Shown: positions 59,969-64,000 of the stretch, in pieces | How positions within the stretch are numbered: the first letter of the stretch is position 1 | Layout of the letters: the number at the start of each line of letters is the position of its first letter | Made by a program: the position numbers and the translations under genes | Assembly: GCA_964520065.1 (NCBI GenBank) | Contig: CAZFMC010000004.1 | Span: forward strand, 2,513 to 66,512 | DNA length: 64,000 nucleotides | Direction of reading: 5' to 3' | Source: an uncultured Ruminiclostridium sp. | GTDB lineage: Bacteria; Bacillota; Clostridia; Oscillospirales; Ruminococcaceae | The notes under the pieces: generated by a model | What the model was told of the DNA's origin: nothing | Seen by the model: only the letters and a program-made list of their open reading frames with translations | Database searches by the model: none

Positions 59969-60685
59969 ATGATTACAGATTTTCATTCCCACATTCTTCC
60001 CGGAATTGATGATGGTTCAAAAAATCCTGCCATGACCAAAAAAATGCTGGAGCTTGAAAAAAAGGCGGGCATTGATACAATTGTCGCAACCCCGCATTTC
60101 TATATGTCGGAGCAGTCGCTTGGCAGCTTTCTCAGCAGGAGAGAGCAGGCGTACAACGCAATAAGGGACGAGGCTGAGCGGCAGAAAATAACTGTCCGAT
60201 TAGGCGCAGAGGTTTATTTTACTCCATCGCTCGCCGAGCTTGACTTGAAAAAGCTTTGCGTTGAGGGAACCAACTGCATAATGCTTGAGCTTCCTTACTC
60301 CAAGCTTACGGGCAGCTTTATCCGCACGTTCAAGAGCTTTGTGGGCGGGATTTCCTCAGAGCTTACGGTTATTCTTGCTCACGCAGAACGCTATCTCAAT
60401 TTCACCGATGAAGAAAGTCTGTACGAAATCCTTGATACCGGTCTGTTGGTTCAGCTCAACTGCGGCTCTTTCAAAATGTTTTCGCCGCATTTGAAGTTTA
60501 TGTACAATATGATTTCCTGCGGGAACGCTCACCTTTTGGGAACGGATTGCCACAATATCACGTCGAGAGCGCCGAATATGGAAATCGGAAGAAAAGCGAT
60601 TGAGAGAAAATTTTCGCAGAAGGAATTCAGCCGCTTTATGAAAAACGCGGAAACTCTCCTCTGCGGTAAGGCTATCGGAGAATGA
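59969..60685 (+). CDS. CpsB/CapC PHP-family tyrosine phosphatase
   Basis: DFHSHILPGIDDG, ATPH, AHAERY, GTDCH. Confidence 0.93.
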   Translation: MITDFHSHILPGIDDGSKNPAMTKKMLELEKKAGIDTIVATPHFYMSEQSLGSFLSRREQAYNAIRDEAERQKITVRLGAEVYFTPSLAELDLKKLCVEGTNCIMLELPYSKLTGSFIRTFKSFVGGISSELTVILAHAERYLNFTDEESLYEILDTGLLVQLNCGSFKMFSPHLKFMYNMISCGNAHLLGTDCHNITSRAPNMEIGRKAIERKFSQKEFSRFMKNAETLLCGKAIGE

Positions 60686-60686
60686 T

Positions 60687-61796
60687 ATGGTTTACTGGCT
60701 TATTTTAATAGGCTCGCTTGCAGTGGGAATCCCCCTCTGCCGGCTGAAATACGGGCGCGCGGTCTACTGTTCCGCTATGGGGCTTGTTCTTTTTCTCGTT
60801 TCTGCTCTCCGCGCTCATGTAGGCTACGATTACAACCTTTACGGCGGTTGGTATATGGACGTCCAGACTTCAAGTATGGACGACATAATGCTTATAAAGC
60901 AGGAAAAGGGCTTTATGGTGCCGATGAAGCTGATTTCCGACGTTAATTCCGATTATCAGGTTATGTTTGTTATCATAGCCTTTATAATAACTGCGGCAGT
61001 AATGCTGTATATCTTTGTTTATTCCGAAAAGCCGTATCTGAGCGTGTTTTTTTATATCTCCTTCGGGCTGTTTTTCAACTCAATGAATTTTATGCGCCAG
61101 ATGATTGCGGCTGCCGTGATCCTGTACGCTATGCAGTACATAAGAAAAAAGCAGTTTATGCGCTTTGCTGCGTTGGTGCTTTTCGCCTCTGTATTCCACG
61201 TTTCGGCACTGATAGTGCTGCCGTTCTATTTCATTTTAAGAATAAAGATGGACTGGCTTACTCTTGGAACGTACACGGCTATAACGGTTCTGTTTATGCT
61301 TTTCTCGTGGGATATACTTGATTTTATAACGGATTATGTGTACAAGGGCTACGATCCCGCAAAAAGCGCGGAGGTCATAAACGGAACAAACCCGATTTAC
61401 GCAGTTTTCTTTTCGGTATTCTTCCTGCTGACGTTCCTTGTGCGAAAAGAGCTTGTCGCCGAGAATCCGTTCAACAACGTTCTTATAAATTGTATGTTCT
61501 TTACGGCTTTCTTTGAAATAATCGGCATTCGTCACGCGATTCTGTCGCGTTTTGCAGTGCTGTTTTTCATTCCCGCCGTGGTTGTCCTTGTTCCGCGCGC
61601 TTTTATGGCTCTTCTTAAAAGGTGCGAAGGGGTTTTCAAGGGAGAGAGCAAGCGCGGAAACGCGCTCAAAACGGTTGCCGCCGTGCTTGTTGTCGGCTGC
61701 TGCACGTTTATGTACGGATATATGATTGAAAACAATTACAACGGCGTTTCGCCATACAGAACAATACTCTCCGAGGAGGCGGCGCGAAATGAATAA
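60687..61796 (+). CDS. EpsG family polymerase (Wzy-like)
   Basis: LRAHVGYDY, EKGF, MNFMRQ, FHVSA; polytopic. Confidence 0.85.
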   Translation: MVYWLILIGSLAVGIPLCRLKYGRAVYCSAMGLVLFLVSALRAHVGYDYNLYGGWYMDVQTSSMDDIMLIKQEKGFMVPMKLISDVNSDYQVMFVIIAFIITAAVMLYIFVYSEKPYLSVFFYISFGLFFNSMNFMRQMIAAAVILYAMQYIRKKQFMRFAALVLFASVFHVSALIVLPFYFILRIKMDWLTLGTYTAITVLFMLFSWDILDFITDYVYKGYDPAKSAEVINGTNPIYAVFFSVFFLLTFLVRKELVAENPFNNVLINCMFFTAFFEIIGIRHAILSRFAVLFFIPAVVVLVPRAFMALLKRCEGVFKGESKRGNALKTVAAVLVVGCCTFMYGYMIENNYNGVSPYRTILSEEAARNE

Positions 61797-62283
61797 ATTC
61801 GTCGAAAAATACCTTTTCGGAAAAAGCAACAGTCTGACGGAAAATATTGTGCTTTGCATTGCTGTTACGCTTGCGTCGGCTTTCGTATATTTTGACCGCT
61901 ATAACGGTTTTGCAGGCGCGCTCAGAGCGCTGCTTGCGGTCGTTATTTTTGCCGGTTGGATTGCCGCAGGTTTTTCGTGCGGAAAAAACAGAAAATTCGG
62001 ATTTCTGATATTTACGGGAGCCTACTGGCTCATACCGAATTTATATATGCTTTTTTACAGCCTGCGCGACAATGTGCGCGGATATTCAAAATGGCTTTCC
62101 ATGTTCAACAAGACCGCTGATATTCTTGTCTGCAAGCCCTTTGGATTTATTGCCGAAAAAACGGCGTGCAGCGAGTATATGTATGAAATTGTTCTGGTGG
62201 TTATCGCCGTTTCTGCATATTTTATAGGCAGAAGCCTTAAAACCGTTCTGTCGAAGGACTCCGACGGAGGCTTGATTCAATGA
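61789..62283 (+). CDS. Hypothetical membrane protein
   Basis: About four hydrophobic segments; GAGGAGG RBS, overlaps the upstream gene end. Confidence 0.65.
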   Translation: MNKFVEKYLFGKSNSLTENIVLCIAVTLASAFVYFDRYNGFAGALRALLAVVIFAGWIAAGFSCGKNRKFGFLIFTGAYWLIPNLYMLFYSLRDNVRGYSKWLSMFNKTADILVCKPFGFIAEKTACSEYMYEIVLVVIAVSAYFIGRSLKTVLSKDSDGGLIQ

Positions 62284-62336
62284 TAATACCCGCACTGCGG
62301 ATATTATAAAATCTTGAAGAAAGGAGGAAATATCAA

Positions 62337-63200
62337 ATGAAGAAGTTTAGCAAAATCATTGCAGGCGTAATTGCTGCTACAACTATGGTTTCCGCAACAA
62401 CTGTATTTTCAAGCGCTGTTGACTACGGCAATACCCCCAGCTACAAGGAACCCGAAAAGGTTACCGAATCGGCAGGTACAACCGCAGAAACACCCGCTGA
62501 AATCGTTACAGACGATGTAATTACCGAAGCCATCAAGAATGAAGGCGTAGTTCACATTACATCCGACGCAGTTGTTAAGGAAGACGCCATCGGCGCTATT
62601 GCTAAGAGCGATGTTCCCGTTACCTTTGAGGCTGACGACTACTCCATCACAATCGACCCTGCGTTAATCGAAGAGGTTGGCGCGATTGATTTGTCCATGG
62701 ATATTGCTGTTTCCGATTCTGATGTTGAGGTTGACGGCGTTGCTGTTCCTGCCGGTGCAATTGTAATTGCTCCCGCACAGAAAGGCAATTTCGGTATGAC
62801 ACTTAAGGTTACAATCAGTGCTGCCACTGTTGAAAACCTTGATACCGATAATCTTTCCCTCTACTATATTGATGACGACGGCAATGTTACAAAGCTTGAC
62901 AGCGATATCGAGGTTAACGCTGACGGTTCCGTAAGCGTTTCCATCTCTCACGCTTCCAAGTATGTTGTATCTGATGTTGACATTTCAACAGAGGAAAGCG
63001 AAGAAGAAGACGACGTAGCTATCGACGAAGAAGACGATGACGACGATGTTGAAGCTGACGACGCTGATTCCGAGGTTGACGCGGTTGTAACCGAAAAGGA
63101 CGAAAGCAATCCTCACACAGGCGTTGCTCTCTTCGGCACAGCAGCTTTAGCAGCTCTTTCCGCTGCAGTGGTAACTGCAACAGCTAAGAAGAGAAAGTAA
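62337..63200 (+). CDS. Acidic NPxTG sortase-anchored surface protein
   Basis: Signal peptide, beta domain ending ISHASKYVV, Asp/Glu-rich linker, NPHTG + hydrophobic stretch + KKRK. Confidence 0.85.
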   Translation: MKKFSKIIAGVIAATTMVSATTVFSSAVDYGNTPSYKEPEKVTESAGTTAETPAEIVTDDVITEAIKNEGVVHITSDAVVKEDAIGAIAKSDVPVTFEADDYSITIDPALIEEVGAIDLSMDIAVSDSDVEVDGVAVPAGAIVIAPAQKGNFGMTLKVTISAATVENLDTDNLSLYYIDDDGNVTKLDSDIEVNADGSVSVSISHASKYVVSDVDISTEESEEEDDVAIDEEDDDDDVEADDADSEVDAVVTEKDESNPHTGVALFGTAALAALSAAVVTATAKKRK

Positions 63201-63227
63201 GCTTTCTTTTTGAGCTCAAGAAGAAAC

Positions 63228-63251
63228 GATACCGGAGGAAACTCCGGTATC
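63228..63251 (+). terminator. Hairpin after the surface protein gene
   Basis: GATACCGGAG-GAAA-CTCCGGTATC perfect stem with weak T tail. Confidence 0.65.
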
Positions 63252-63323
63252 ACCTTTGCTTAATACGCGACTTTTGTCGATTTACATAGAAAGATATAGA
63301 AAAAAGATATTTGGGGTGTTACA

Positions 63324-63998
63324 TTGAATACGATTGATACGGCACAGGTTGAGTTGTCTGAACAGACCCGCATAGAAGAAACCGTTGCCGCTCAGTTTGC
63401 CGAGAAGCCGGTTTACGATTTCTTTAAAAGGGTGTTTGATATAGCGGCGGCTTTAGTGGCTCTTGTTGTTCTCAGCCCGCTTCTTCTGATAACAGCGGTC
63501 ATAATAATGGCTGACGATTTCGGAAATCCGTTTTTTATTCAGAAAAGAACCGGAAAAAACGGCAGAGTTTTTAGAATGTACAAATTTCGCACAATGTACA
63601 AGGACGCGGAAGAACGCAAGGCTGAACTTGCAGACAGAAATGAAGCAGACGGAATCCATTTTAAAATAAAAGATGATCCTCGTATTCTTCCGCACGCTAA
63701 GTTTATGAGAAAAACGTCAATTGACGAGCTTCCGCAGCTAGTGAACGTGATTAAAGGAGATATGTCGGTTGTCGGACCGCGTCCGTTCGTTGTGACTGAA
63801 CAATCGCAGCTGCCTGATGACAGATTGGTTGTAAAACCCGGATTATCGTGTTACTGGCAGCTTTCCAATAGAGGAGAGTTACCGATAGATGAGCAGCTTG
63901 AATTGGATTACAGGTACATAAGGGAACGTTCGTTCGGGACAGATATCAAGATTATTTTTAAAACGATTGGGATGATTCTCAGGTTGGGAAATAAATGA
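63324..63998 (+). CDS. Priming phosphoglycosyltransferase (bacterial sugar transferase)
   Basis: KRVFDI, YKFRTM, DDPR, RKTSIDELPQL, GDMSVVGPRP, KPGLS. Confidence 0.93.
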   Translation: MNTIDTAQVELSEQTRIEETVAAQFAEKPVYDFFKRVFDIAAALVALVVLSPLLLITAVIIMADDFGNPFFIQKRTGKNGRVFRMYKFRTMYKDAEERKAELADRNEADGIHFKIKDDPRILPHAKFMRKTSIDELPQLVNVIKGDMSVVGPRPFVVTEQSQLPDDRLVVKPGLSCYWQLSNRGELPIDEQLELDYRYIRERSFGTDIKIIFKTIGMILRLGNK

Positions 63999-64000
63999 GG

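Noticed and set aside
62990-63085. GAA/GAC triplet repeats
   Set aside because: They simply encode the acidic linker of the surface protein.

Overview
64 kb of a Clostridia chromosome, most likely a gut Oscillospiraceae/Ruminococcaceae member (inferred from spoIVA, SigA promoters, gene order and an NPxTG sortase substrate). Left part (1-36.2 kb) is mostly core genes: a truncated GH5 lipoprotein, SAM-I riboswitch + metK, maf, ruvC-TPR gene-ruvA-ruvB, glmM, a fused EcfA1-A2/ecfT/truA, a Clp ATPase, a murL-murD pair (alternative route to peptidoglycan D-Glu), rpsF-ssb-rpsR with its leader RNA, SipL-like + spoIVA, an MFP/permease pair without ATPase, SGNH esterases, ahcY and flavoproteins. A visibly AT-richer block (about 36.2-57.8 kb) encodes an XRE-like regulator behind an (AT)10-containing leader ORF, an ABC-exported GDP-D-rhamnose-type glycan pathway with a methyltransferase terminator, and a CDP-sugar/mutase/GtrABC-like side-chain module. 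A Wzy-type cps/eps locus with an embedded sortase-anchored protein follows to the window end. A ~95 bp structured repeat occurs twice (19964-20059 on -, 57354-57446 on +). No rRNA, tRNA, CRISPR array or intact transposase was seen. All family calls come from motif recognition, not database searches.
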